From an uncultured Kangiella sp. (GTDB lineage Bacteria > Pseudomonadota > Gammaproteobacteria > Enterobacterales > Kangiellaceae), in assembly GCA_950096615.1 (NCBI GenBank), contig CATNCP010000002.1:61270-125269 (forward strand): a stretch of DNA of 64,000 bases, in the 5' to 3' direction. The notes beneath the pieces were generated by a model. The model saw only the letters and a program-made list of their open reading frames with translations, ran no database searches and was not told where the DNA came from. The translations under genes and the position numbers were made by a program. Shown here one piece after another: positions 33,473-43,408 of the stretch (position 1 is the stretch's first letter; every line of letters starts with the position of its first letter).

Positions 33473-34789
33473 TTAAGCCTGTTTTTCCAATAAAGCATAA
33501 TAAAAACCATCCATGCTCTGCGTGCCTGGTAATATTTGGCAACCGGGCTGTGAGTGGCTGATTTCGTTAAGCTGCGCCGGTAAATCCATCAGATTAACAT
33601 TACTTTCCTGCTTGATAAAAGTATCGATTTGATGGCTATTTTCATCAAAAAGGATTGAACATGTTGCGTAAAGTAGCTTTCCTCCGGGCTTCAATGCTTG
33701 CCAGGCTGCAGCTAATAATTGTTGCTGGATAGCGACTAACTCTTCGATATCGTCATCACGGCGTAGTAACTTAATATCCGGATGGCGACGAATTACGCCG
33801 GTAGCGCTACAAGGAACGTCGAGCAAAATAGCATCATAATGTTCCTGTTTGCCTTGCATAAAAGCCAACGCATCTTCTGCATGAATCTCAGCGCTGAGCT
33901 CTAGTCGTTCCATATTTTCTTGGATGCGGTAACAACGTTGGGGATCGATATCCACAGCATCAATGCTCAGGTTATTATGAGTAAACTCTAATAAACTCGC
34001 TGTTTTGCCGCCAGGCGCTGCGCAGGCATCCAAAACAAGCTGCCCTTGAGTTGGCGCCAAAAGCTGGGCGGCTAATTGTGCAGCAACATCCTGCACTGAG
34101 CAAAGACCGTCAGTAAAGCCCGGGATGGATTGCACCGGCACTGCTTGCTCCAAAACAACCGCGCTATCGACCAGTGGGTGTTGCTGATAGCCCAGCCCCA
34201 CTTCGTCCAAAGTGGCACAAAACTGTTCTCGAGTGGTTTTCATCAGGTTAACTCGAAGTGACATCGGGGCTTGCTGATTAGACTGCTCCAGAATTTGCTC
34301 GACCTGCCCTTTATAGTGAGGTTTTATGCGATTGATGAGCCATTCAGGGAAGCTAAACTTCGTTTCCCAGTCGTTATCAAGCTTCTGATTTAGCGAATTC
34401 TTTTGCCTTAAATAGTTGCGTAAAACACCATTAAGTAGCTTGGTCGCCCAGTCTTTTTTGAGCAATCGGCAGGCATTTACTGTTTCGCTGATAGCCGCAT
34501 GATCGGGAACACGGCTGTATTCGAGCTGATACAGACCAATAATGAGGAGGCACAATAAATCTTGATCTTTTGGCTTAAACTTTTTGCGCAATAATAAATG
34601 GCTTAATGCTTCTAGTCGTTGAAAGTAACGACAGGCGCCAAGAACAATGGCTTTGAATAATGATGTATCGCTTGGATTTTCGAACTCAACTTGTGCCAAT
34701 ACATCGCTTGAAGATTGGCCCTCAAAGGCAATAAGTTGTAGAGACTGAGCCGCTTGGCTTCGAATATTACTCGCATTTAATAGGGCCAA
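33473..34789 (-). CDS. rsmB: 16S rRNA m5C967 methyltransferase RsmB (Sun/Fmu)
   Basis: NusB-like N-terminus, LDACAAPGGKT, DVPCSATGVIRRHPDIK, YATCS. Confidence 0.97.
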   Translation of the reverse strand: MALLNASNIRSQAAQSLQLIAFEGQSSSDVLAQVEFENPSDTSLFKAIVLGACRYFQRLEALSHLLLRKKFKPKDQDLLCLLIIGLYQLEYSRVPDHAAISETVNACRLLKKDWATKLLNGVLRNYLRQKNSLNQKLDNDWETKFSFPEWLINRIKPHYKGQVEQILEQSNQQAPMSLRVNLMKTTREQFCATLDEVGLGYQQHPLVDSAVVLEQAVPVQSIPGFTDGLCSVQDVAAQLAAQLLAPTQGQLVLDACAAPGGKTASLLEFTHNNLSIDAVDIDPQRCYRIQENMERLELSAEIHAEDALAFMQGKQEHYDAILLDVPCSATGVIRRHPDIKLLRRDDDIEELVAIQQQLLAAAWQALKPGGKLLYATCSILFDENSHQIDTFIKQESNVNLMDLPAQLNEISHSQPGCQILPGTQSMDGFYYALLEKQA

Positions 34790-34799
34790 GGAAGTTGCC

Positions 34800-35768
34800 T
34801 TATGAGGTTGAAGTTGTAGTGAATTGCTCGCCTCTAGCTAGCAAGTCTTGGTTTTTGGGTGCATTTAAGAGATCTTTAACTGACATGCGACGAGAGCCAG
34901 GTAGCTGCAGCTCGGTCAATAATAGCTGACTATGGCCACAGCTGACGAGAATACCGTCTTTATCAGCCTTTAGGATAGTACCAGGTGTTGATTCAACCGA
35001 AGTTTCAATAAGGTTGGCCTGCCAAATACGAATAACTTTACCTTTGAGCTCACTTTGTGCCACAGGCCAACTATTAAAGGCGCGGATCTGGCGCTCAATA
35101 GACGCTGCATCCTTGGACCAGTCGATGTAAGCCTCTTGCTTACTTAATTTATGAGCATAAGTAGCCAAGGAATCGTCCTGAGTTTTTGCAGCAATACCTT
35201 CGCTGGCAATGGTATTCATGGTGCTGACTAACAGCTCGGCCCCTTGTTGCGCTAACTTATCGTGTAGCGTTGAGCCGGTATCCGTGTCGGTTATAGGCGT
35301 GACTGCTTTACTGATCATGGGGCCAGTGTCTAGGCCAGCCTCCATCTGCATGATAGTAATGCCACTTTCATTATCGCCAGATTCAATAGCACGCTGTATC
35401 GGTGCTGCACCGCGCCAACGTGGAAGCAGCGAGCCATGAACATTGATGCAGCCAAGTTTTGGTGTATCCAACACTGCTTGTGGTAGCAATAAACCGTAAG
35501 CCACCACAACCATGAGATCGGCTTGGTAACTATCAAGAGTCGCTATATCGTCATCGGACTTAAAATTCAGCGGCTGTTCTACAGGAATACCATGCTCAAG
35601 GGCCAGCTCTTTGACGGGGCTCATGGTAATTTTCTTACCACGACCCGACTGACGATCAGGCTGAGTATAAACAGCGACAACGTTGTGCTTTGAATCTATC
35701 AAAGCCTGTAGGCTTGAGGCCGCGAAATCAGGTGTGCCGGCGAAAATAACGTTCAATGCTTGACTCAT
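34800..35768 (-). CDS. fmt: Methionyl-tRNA formyltransferase
   Basis: FAGTPDFA, INVHGSLLPRWRGAAPIQR, GLDTGP. Confidence 0.99.
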   Translation of the reverse strand: MSQALNVIFAGTPDFAASSLQALIDSKHNVVAVYTQPDRQSGRGKKITMSPVKELALEHGIPVEQPLNFKSDDDIATLDSYQADLMVVVAYGLLLPQAVLDTPKLGCINVHGSLLPRWRGAAPIQRAIESGDNESGITIMQMEAGLDTGPMISKAVTPITDTDTGSTLHDKLAQQGAELLVSTMNTIASEGIAAKTQDDSLATYAHKLSKQEAYIDWSKDAASIERQIRAFNSWPVAQSELKGKVIRIWQANLIETSVESTPGTILKADKDGILVSCGHSQLLLTELQLPGSRRMSVKDLLNAPKNQDLLARGEQFTTTSTS

Positions 35769-35780
35769 GTTGGTGTGTGC

Positions 35781-36284
35781 TTACTTCTTCTGACGCTGTT
35801 GTTTTTCGAGGGACTTTCGAATTCGATTGCGCTTTAAAGGTGACAAGTAGTCGACAAAAAGCTTTCCCTCAATGTGGTCATATTCGTGTTGAATACACAC
35901 TGCCAATAAGTCACCCGTATCGATCTCAAACGGTTCGCCATGACGATCTTGTGCCTTAATCGCGACTTCATTAGCACGCTGGACTTTAGCGTAAACGCCC
36001 GGGAAAGACAGGCAGCCTTCCTCCATTTCTTCTACGCCACGCTTTTCGATAAACTCTGGGTTAGCGAAAACCAGCGGTTCGCTTTTATCCTCAGAGACAT
36101 CGATGACAAAAAGGCGCTTGTGGAAATTGACCTGAGCGCCAGCAAGACCAATGCCAGGTGCTTCGTACATGGTTTCGAACATGTCGTCGATGATTTGCTG
36201 AAACTCGTCGCCAAAATCAGTCACAGGCTCTGCTTTAGTGCGAAGTCTGGTGTCTGGGAATTCTAAAATTTCTAGTTTAGCCAT
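35781..36284 (-). CDS. def: Peptide deformylase
   Basis: GIGLAG, EGCLS, QHEYDH. Confidence 0.99.
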   Translation of the reverse strand: MAKLEILEFPDTRLRTKAEPVTDFGDEFQQIIDDMFETMYEAPGIGLAGAQVNFHKRLFVIDVSEDKSEPLVFANPEFIEKRGVEEMEEGCLSFPGVYAKVQRANEVAIKAQDRHGEPFEIDTGDLLAVCIQHEYDHIEGKLFVDYLSPLKRNRIRKSLEKQQRQKK

Positions 36285-36597
36285 GAAACGTATTTATATA
36301 CCGATTAGAGGGTTTAACAAGATGAATATGGGGGCGATCATAATCAATTCGACCCAGAATGACCATTTTTTAGACCAAAAAAGGCACTAAAAAGCACGAA
36401 ATTATTGATTAGACTGTGATTAAGTTGTAGTAATCTCCTAAGAAATGTTGGTAAGATGATGATCCTTATAGAGTTTAAAGCTCTAGGTTTGGGGTTTGGC
36501 TGTTTCCTTTTGACCTGTTTTCAAAGCGAACTGTTCGCGGTATATTCAAGTTATGGGTTAAGAGGATCCGACTATCAGTAAATTACAAAGGATAGCC

Positions 36598-37644
36598 ATG
36601 AAAAAATTAGTTTTAGCGGCAGCTGCAACTGCAGCGCTATTTTTGGGGAGTATTGCAGCGCATTCTGCAGAGCTTCGCGCAGATCATCCAGATACATACG
36701 TCGTCAAAAAAGGTGATACCTTGTGGGACATTTCTGGGCGCTTTTTAACAAAGCCTTGGAACTGGCCTGAAATTTGGCACGTTAATCCGCAAGTTGAAAA
36801 TCCACACTTAATTTATCCTGGTGATATTTTAAAGCTTGTGTATATCGATGGTAAACCGTATTTAGTTAAAGCGTCTGACGGTACGATTAAGTTACGTCCG
36901 AAGGCTCGCGTGCTTTCTGAAGGCGATGCTATCACTACGATTCCGATGGATATTATTCGTCCATTCTTGATCGATGAGTTGGTGGTGGATCCATCAGTAT
37001 TTGAAACTGCGCCATACGTGGTGGCACTAGGTGATGAGCGTGTGATTAGTGGTGGTTTTGATGACCGCTTATATCTGCGTGGTTTGGATGCTACTAATAG
37101 CGGCACAGCTTACGGTGTTTATCGTAAGGGTAAAGAATACCGTGATCCAGCAACCAACGAGCTACTCGGTGTTGAAGCACGTTATTTAGCAAATGGTAAT
37201 ATCGTCCATGAAGGCGACCCAGCGACTTTAGAAGTTAAAAAGTCGAAACTGGAAGTCTTGAAAGGTGACGTTGCGTTACCGCGTAACGAAGACCCCTTAC
37301 CTCCTGTGTACGCACCTCGTGCACCAGAGCAGGAAGTCGTAGCACAGTTAATCTCTGTGTATGACGGCGTGTCGCAGATTGGTCAATACAACGTAGTGAC
37401 TTTGAATAAAGGCGAGCGTGATGGTTTAGAAGAAGGTCACGTGTTAACAGTCTATCAGCGCGGTAAGAAAGTGCTGGATAAAATTGCTGAAGAGCGTGGT
37501 GCGGATGACCCTTATGTAACGCTTCCAGAAGAGCGCGCTGGTACTTTGATGGTATTCAGAACGTATGAAAAAGTCAGTCTAGCGTTAGTTATGGATGCAA
37601 TTCGCCCCATTCACTTGATGGATGTTGCGCGTAACCCGTACTAA
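36598..37644 (+). CDS. tsaP: LysM peptidoglycan-binding periplasmic protein, TsaP-like
   Basis: Signal peptide; LysM YVVKKGDTLWDIS...WPEIWHVNPQVENPHLIYPGD; conserved position between def and dprA. Confidence 0.75.
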   Translation: MKKLVLAAAATAALFLGSIAAHSAELRADHPDTYVVKKGDTLWDISGRFLTKPWNWPEIWHVNPQVENPHLIYPGDILKLVYIDGKPYLVKASDGTIKLRPKARVLSEGDAITTIPMDIIRPFLIDELVVDPSVFETAPYVVALGDERVISGGFDDRLYLRGLDATNSGTAYGVYRKGKEYRDPATNELLGVEARYLANGNIVHEGDPATLEVKKSKLEVLKGDVALPRNEDPLPPVYAPRAPEQEVVAQLISVYDGVSQIGQYNVVTLNKGERDGLEEGHVLTVYQRGKKVLDKIAEERGADDPYVTLPEERAGTLMVFRTYEKVSLALVMDAIRPIHLMDVARNPY

Positions 37645-37676
37645 TTCAATTAGTGTTCGTTAGCTCAAAACCATTG

Positions 37677-37711
37677 AAACTGGTCTTGTTTAAAGCAAGG
37701 CCAGTTTTTTA
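37677..37711 (+). terminator. Terminator-like hairpin between the LysM gene and dprA
   Basis: AAACTGGTCTTG...CAAGGCCAGTTT plus T-run. Confidence 0.65.
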
Positions 37712-37756
37712 TTGGATATCCCGTTTACCAAAAATACAACGATTAAAGGATTAATC

Positions 37757-38884
37757 ATGAATAAAAAGGATATTTCATCCGAAGAGATGCGTGCCTGGTT
37801 GGCGCTATCTCACGTCAATATCAGCGTTCAGAAGCTCCAGCACTTTTTCGAACATTACTCTTCAATCAGTGATTTATTCGAGTTATCCGACAAGCAGTTA
37901 CAGTCGTTAGGGTTCCGCCAGGGCCTAAAAGACAAGCTGGCCTCGATTGAAGACCGTCGAATAGATGAAGACATTGCTTGGTTTGATAGCGATAACAAAC
38001 ATCTCATACCATTTATTAGCGATGACTATCCCCCGCTATTGCGGCAAATAGATTCAGCACCAAAATTGTTATTCGTGCAAGGAAACAAAGAACTCTTAAA
38101 GCAACACCAGATTGCTATCGTGGGTAGCCGAAATCCAACTCCTCAAGGAAAAGAAAACTCCATTGAGTTTGCACGAACCTTGGGAAAGTCCGGCGCTGTT
38201 ATTACCAGTGGCTTAGCCTTGGGGGTCGATGGGTTTGCCCACCAAGCGGTATTGGATAAAGGGCTTCCAACCATTGCGGTAGCGGGGACAGGGCTAGATC
38301 GCGTCTACCCAGCTCGGCATAAAGCGATGGCGCAACAGATTGTGGACAATGGCGCTTTGGTCTCTGAGTTTGCTTTGGGCACTGGGGTTAGAGCAACGCA
38401 TTTTCCAGCGAGGAACCGCATTATATCCGGCATGAGTTTGGGGACCTTAGTGGTTGAAGCTGCGGTTAAAAGCGGATCTTTGATTACCGCCCGGCTAGCG
38501 ATGGAGCAGGGTCGTGAAGTGTTCGCGATACCTGGCTCGATTCATAATCCTTTAGCCCGAGGTTGCCATGCTTTGATAAAGCAGGGAGTGAAGCTGGTCG
38601 AAACAGCTGAAGAAATTATTGAGGAGCTGGGTGCGTTGGTGTCTTGGCAGCATGAGCAATTATTTACCGCTGATGCAAAAAGCTCAGAAGGAGCGGAAGC
38701 TTTTGAATTAGACCAAGAATATCAAGAGCTTATTGAGCAAATTGACTTCGACACAACCTCGATGGACACCATTATTGAGCGCACGGGACTTGAAATAGAT
38801 GTGGTCAGCCATATGTTATTGCTGTTAGAATTAAATGACCATATTGTGAGTGTGGCAGGCGGATACCAACGCCGCTCAAGCTAG
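37757..38884 (+). CDS. dprA: DNA processing protein DprA (Smf)
   Basis: IAIVGSRNPT, ITSGLALGVDG, FPARNRIISG, SGSLITA. ATG 37757 after AAAGGA preferred over 37712. Confidence 0.97.
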   Translation: MNKKDISSEEMRAWLALSHVNISVQKLQHFFEHYSSISDLFELSDKQLQSLGFRQGLKDKLASIEDRRIDEDIAWFDSDNKHLIPFISDDYPPLLRQIDSAPKLLFVQGNKELLKQHQIAIVGSRNPTPQGKENSIEFARTLGKSGAVITSGLALGVDGFAHQAVLDKGLPTIAVAGTGLDRVYPARHKAMAQQIVDNGALVSEFALGTGVRATHFPARNRIISGMSLGTLVVEAAVKSGSLITARLAMEQGREVFAIPGSIHNPLARGCHALIKQGVKLVETAEEIIEELGALVSWQHEQLFTADAKSSEGAEAFELDQEYQELIEQIDFDTTSMDTIIERTGLEIDVVSHMLLLLELNDHIVSVAGGYQRRSS

Positions 38885-38991
38885 AGAATCGAGTCGCCGA
38901 CGTAGTATATTAGGGCGCTTTCTTTAAGCAACACTTAGCAAGTGGCATAGTGACTTTAACGGCGAATCAAAGCCTAAACCAAGAGAGTCCA

Positions 38992-39471
38992 ATGAAAGAA
39001 GACGTACTTGACGTACTACTTTATATCTTTGAAAACTTCCAAGACGAAGAAAGCAATCATATTCTTGCTAATGACACCCTAGTCGAGGCCTTAGAAGACG
39101 TTGGTTTTACCGACGGCGAAATTAAGGGTGCTATCGACTGGTTAGATGGTTTAGTCTTAGCGACTTCTGAAAGCTTTAAGCCGACACCGGAAGCGAATCA
39201 ATCGATTCGATTATTTTCACCAGAAGAGCAACTGATTTTAACGCCAGCCGTTCAGGGTGCCGTAATGTACTTTGAACAAAGTGGTATTTTAGATGCTCAT
39301 GCACGTGAAATGGTGATCGATCGTATGACCGCTCTGGGCCCGCAAGAAGATGAAGAAGTTGCTTTGGAACGTCTACGCTGGGTGGTGATGATGGTGTTGT
39401 TCAATATGCAAGATCGTGATGCCGAATTTGCCTGGGTAGAAAGCTTAGAAAGTGGTTCTTCCGCTCATTAG
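38992..39471 (+). CDS. smg: Smg protein (DUF494)
   Basis: MKEDVLDVLLYIFENF...RWVVMMVLFN; follows dprA. ATG 38992 preferred. Confidence 0.92.
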   Translation: MKEDVLDVLLYIFENFQDEESNHILANDTLVEALEDVGFTDGEIKGAIDWLDGLVLATSESFKPTPEANQSIRLFSPEEQLILTPAVQGAVMYFEQSGILDAHAREMVIDRMTALGPQEDEEVALERLRWVVMMVLFNMQDRDAEFAWVESLESGSSAH

Positions 39472-39475
39472 CGAT

Positions 39476-39499
39476 AATCTAGGCGTTAGCGTCTAGATT
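39476..39499. terminator. Hairpin after smg
   Basis: AATCTAGGCG-ttag-CGTCTAGATT; weak U-tail. Confidence 0.45.
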
Positions 39500-39716
39500 C
39501 AACTAGAGGGTAAGTTCCACGCCACAACGGCAATAAGCCGTACATTTCAATCTTAGTAGCTAAAGCTGCACCTGCCCTTTTCTTTTGTCACTAAACATCC
39601 TACCAATTTAGCCTTCTTTACCAACATTTACACTACGATAAGGTTACTTAATAGCAAGATAGCGTACAATCTGCCCCACAAATTGATGATGAGTCAGTGA
39701 TGATACTGCTAGATCG

Positions 39717-40556
39717 ATGCTGAGTATTTCTGTTGGACCATTAAGCCTGCCGTTGGATAGGCTGCTACTGTTACTAAGTTTTGCGATAGCGATATTCGTT
39801 GGGAACATTGTTGGGCGTAAGAATAATCAATCTGCCGATGGCAAGATAGCAACACTGTTTATCGTCTCGATGTTAGTTGCGAGGCTTGTATTTGTGATTC
39901 AATATTGGCCCGAATATAGGGGGGATTGGGTTGCGATCATTGATATCCGTGACGCTGGGTTTAATGTTTGGGCAGGAGCGATAACAGCCTTAGTTTTAAC
40001 CATTGTCGCCTGCTTCCGATATAAAAAATTGAGAAAGTCATTGTTGGCAGGGCTTGGTGCCGGTGCATTCTTTTGGATCTTAACCACTACAACGTTGTGG
40101 GTGATTAAGGATACATCACAGAAGTTACCAACAGTTGTGGTCAACCAGCTCAATGGTGAAGCTGTGCCATTGAATAATATTGAATCAGGCAAACCAAGAG
40201 TCATTAATTTATGGGCAACCTGGTGTCCGCCTTGCCGGCGTGAAATGCCTGTGTTGCAACAAGCACAACAAAACAACCCCAACGTTGGCTTTGTCTTTGT
40301 TAATCAAGGTGAACATGAGGCGGTGATTGAGCAGTATCTTTCCAAAGAGTCGCTGCTACTGGAGAACGTTGTGGCTGATAGTAAAGCAGTGCTGGGACAG
40401 CTGGCAGGCAGTCGAGCCTTACCCACAACGCTTTTTATAGCTGCCGATGGACGAATTGTAGATGCGCACTTAGGAGAGCTTTCAAGCGCTAAACTAAAAT
40501 CGAAACTCAATAGGCTTATGAAAGGCCGTGAGGGGACGAACGAGGAAAAAAGATAA
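39717..40556 (+). CDS. TlpA-family disulfide reductase with an N-terminal Lgt-like membrane domain
   Basis: Four TM helices with ARLVFV...Y...IIDIRDAGF (Lgt-like), then NLWATWCPPCRREMP and LPTT. Confidence 0.85.
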   Translation: MLSISVGPLSLPLDRLLLLLSFAIAIFVGNIVGRKNNQSADGKIATLFIVSMLVARLVFVIQYWPEYRGDWVAIIDIRDAGFNVWAGAITALVLTIVACFRYKKLRKSLLAGLGAGAFFWILTTTTLWVIKDTSQKLPTVVVNQLNGEAVPLNNIESGKPRVINLWATWCPPCRREMPVLQQAQQNNPNVGFVFVNQGEHEAVIEQYLSKESLLLENVVADSKAVLGQLAGSRALPTTLFIAADGRIVDAHLGELSSAKLKSKLNRLMKGREGTNEEKR

Positions 40557-41392
40557 TGAAACGATCAATATTGTTAAGCGTAATTTTAGCATTATCATTG
40601 ACTGCGTGTGGTGATGAGCAACCAAAAGACTCTCAGGCAGAGAAAGCGATGGAGCAAAACCAAGAGCAAGGTGCCCTGGAGAGAGCGAAGCAATACCCGG
40701 CGCCAATCGAAAGCATTATCGATCAAGGGGTTGAGATTATTGATACGTTTGAAGCCCCTTCTGGGTTGATGGGCTACGCGGGCATGATGCGCGGAAAGCC
40801 GATAGCGATTTACGTGACTAAGGACAAAAAGCACGCGATTGTTGGAACTATGATCGATGCTGAAGGAATTAACTTAACGTCCAATGTCATGGATGAATTA
40901 GTCGAAGGCCCACGCATGGAGCGGGTTTGGAAAGAGCTGGAAGGGAGCGCATGGATTGCTGATGGTAGCGATGATGCCCCCGTGGTTATTTATACGTTTA
41001 CGGATACAAATTGTCCTTACTGCCATAAGTTCCGTGAAGCTGCTGATCCTTGGATTAAAGCTGGAAAAGTACAGTTCCGTCATATTCTCGTTGCTATTCT
41101 TAGACAAAGTAGCGCCAGCAAAGGCGCGACTATTCTCGGAAGCGATGATCCTGAAGCTATGATGCAAAAACACCATGAAGCCTTTAGTCAGGGTGGCGTT
41201 GAAGTTGATCAAAAAGCGGTAGAAAAAGGCCAAGTGAGAATTCAGCTCAACACTAACATGATGCAACGCTTTGGTTTTGGTGCTACACCAACGTCATTCT
41301 ACAAAGACAAGGATGGCACTATCAAAAGCGTTCAAGGCATGCCACAGGGCGACATGTTAGAAGAAATGATGGGAAGCCCTAAACCAGAATAA
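40556..41392 (+). CDS. dsbG: Thiol:disulfide interchange protein DsbG-like (lipoprotein)
   Basis: Lipobox LTA|C; FTDTNCPYCHKF; GATP cis-Pro loop; TAATG coupling to the upstream gene. Confidence 0.85.
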   Translation: MKRSILLSVILALSLTACGDEQPKDSQAEKAMEQNQEQGALERAKQYPAPIESIIDQGVEIIDTFEAPSGLMGYAGMMRGKPIAIYVTKDKKHAIVGTMIDAEGINLTSNVMDELVEGPRMERVWKELEGSAWIADGSDDAPVVIYTFTDTNCPYCHKFREAADPWIKAGKVQFRHILVAILRQSSASKGATILGSDDPEAMMQKHHEAFSQGGVEVDQKAVEKGQVRIQLNTNMMQRFGFGATPTSFYKDKDGTIKSVQGMPQGDMLEEMMGSPKPE

Positions 41393-41406
41393 TACGATGA
41401 TTAGAA

Positions 41407-41443
41407 AGTAGATTGGGCGTCGCTTTGCTTCGCCCAGCCTACT
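41407..41443. repeat. GTAG-type REP-like palindrome between convergent genes
   Basis: aGTAGattGGGCG-tcgctttgctt-CGCCCagcCTACt. Confidence 0.55.
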
Positions 41444-41465
41444 TTTGCTAACTTTTATAAGATGA

Positions 41466-41996
41466 TTATCGCTGTTCGCCTTCTCTCGGCTCTGACCACT
41501 GTTTCTTGATCACCTCAATTCCTTCGATGGGATCAAAGACAATACCGCCGCTGTCGCCACCTTCGCCTCCAGGCTCGACAAATTTAACTTCGTGATGGTG
41601 AGTTAATGGTGGAATGGTATAGCATTTATCCAACTTAAAGCTCACGCCTTGGCTGGTATAATAATGACCAGGCCCAACCATATTAGTGTAAGAGTATGGC
41701 GCGTAAGGAATGACGCGAACTTGGCCAGAGCCAGGCACTGAATAGCCGCCAAAGCCACCGCCACCGCCAGCGAAGGTGTTGGCGTAGTTGTGAGTTGCAT
41801 GGAAGGTAGTGTAAACCTCTGGATCCAAGACACCGCCAGGAACGCTTCCAGTAAAGTTAGCTAAAATTTGTGACTGCGACCAATTGACGTCAGCAATTTC
41901 AACAATGGTTCCTTTATGACACCAAGGCACTGCTTGAGCCATACCTGAAAACATTGCGACGCCAACCGATAGAGCGAGTAGTTTTTTATTGATCAT
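41466..41996 (-). CDS. Hypothetical secreted protein
   Basis: Sec signal ending AQA; RBS GAAGGA; two Cys (WCH, KCY); Gly-rich segments. Confidence 0.8.
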   Translation of the reverse strand: MINKKLLALSVGVAMFSGMAQAVPWCHKGTIVEIADVNWSQSQILANFTGSVPGGVLDPEVYTTFHATHNYANTFAGGGGGFGGYSVPGSGQVRVIPYAPYSYTNMVGPGHYYTSQGVSFKLDKCYTIPPLTHHHEVKFVEPGGEGGDSGGIVFDPIEGIEVIKKQWSEPREGEQR

Positions 41997-42289
41997 AGAC
42001 TGTATTCCTTCGTTGAGTGATATTCATTGTCAAAACGAATCGAGGCTTTTAACTAAGGCCCCAAGATTCGCCTTAACGTTTCAAACTGTTGCTGAGGTGA
42101 GTATCTGTAGGAAAACGCGACATGTGAGTAACGGATATCCCAAACTGGTTTGCAGCAACGATGTGTTGAAAACTTTAGAACAGGAAGGATGTCGAGACGA
42201 GTGAATTTGCGGGCAAAACAGGGAAGGTCGATAAAAGTAAAAAATTTCCCAATTTTACCCGGCCTAACTTATTGATTAATATGGATTAA

Positions 42290-42598
42290 TTAGCGTCGTT
42301 CGGGAGAAATTTTCTTAATGGCTTTGGCAAAGACTTGGTGCTTTACGGGATCAACAGGTTTATGCACGACCTTGGTGCTAGCTGGGTGTTGAGTTAAGCA
42401 GTTGCCATCTTTCCAATTAATTTGCGGCCTGACCGGTCTTGGCACGAAGCCGCCCCCACAGTTGGGGCAGACATTATGTAAAACCTCCTCCACGCAATCA
42501 TGACAAAAAGTGCACTCGAAAGTACAAATCATGGCTTCGGTGGATTCGGGCGGAAGAGCTTTATTACAGTGCTCGCAGGTAGGTCGTAGTTCTAGCAT
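42290..42598 (-). CDS. DUF1272-like Cys-rich small protein
   Basis: MLELRPTCEHC...ICTFECTFC..C...CPNCGG.FVPRP. Confidence 0.88.
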   Translation of the reverse strand: MLELRPTCEHCNKALPPESTEAMICTFECTFCHDCVEEVLHNVCPNCGGGFVPRPVRPQINWKDGNCLTQHPASTKVVHKPVDPVKHQVFAKAIKKISPERR

Positions 42599-42603
42599 GG
42601 TAA

Positions 42604-43155
42604 TTAGCTTCGAGCTGTTTCGATGACTAGAGATTCATCGTCTATAGAGGGTTCTGGGTTTACAAATGTATTTTTCACTCGCTCTGACATGAGCATGTAA
42701 GGAATCCAAATTACTGCGCCAATAATAGAGCGTGTAACCTGCCTGATGGTTTCTTCATCAAAGATCGGTGCGTCTGGTATAACAAAGTTAACTGCCCAGG
42801 CATCAGCCACTAAAAACATTGGGTAAAATGCGGCAAGAGCGATATATAGCTTCGGGAAAAGCCGGCTCTTACTATAAAATAAGTAAATTAGGTAAAAAGA
42901 AGCTAATATTATTATGCAATTTATGCCTATCTCAATATAAATAAGCGTTTCGAAGTGTGGGATGTACATGGTGTAGGCCGGATTCGTCAACATGTCGAAA
43001 GAGCCATCTTGGAAAATCGGCAAATAGAGTGAGTAAAGTTCATAGCTGGTTATAAATGGTGAAATGGTAATGCCGATGCCAACGAGTATTAGCCATCCTC
43101 CCAAGCCTTTTAAGTCGTTAGAGCTATCACCAGAAGCTTGAAGCTGCTTGTCCAT
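42604..43155 (-). CDS. DUF2569-like (YdgK-type) inner membrane protein
   Basis: GLGGWLIL, SRLFPK, IWIPYM..SERVKNTFV. ATG 43155 after GAAGGA preferred over 43194. Confidence 0.8.
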   Translation of the reverse strand: MDKQLQASGDSSNDLKGLGGWLILVGIGITISPFITSYELYSLYLPIFQDGSFDMLTNPAYTMYIPHFETLIYIEIGINCIIILASFYLIYLFYSKSRLFPKLYIALAAFYPMFLVADAWAVNFVIPDAPIFDEETIRQVTRSIIGAVIWIPYMLMSERVKNTFVNPEPSIDDESLVIETARS

Positions 43156-43408
43156 ATTAGGTCCTTCTTTGTAAGTTTTTTGGAAATGTAGCACGAATCA
43201 AAGGGGATGGCACAAAAGATCGTTAAAATAATGGTCAAAACCTACACAAGAGCAGGCTAAGTCGGTAAAATTCGCCATAACGTCGTAAATCCTTGCTTAA
43301 TCAACGACTTCAGAAGCAAAGTATTGACGACCTACGTAAAGACTTTTGAACGCTGAGTGATACTGCTCAAGCGTTTTTAATACACGGTTTATTAGCGAGT
43401 CGAGTCAT

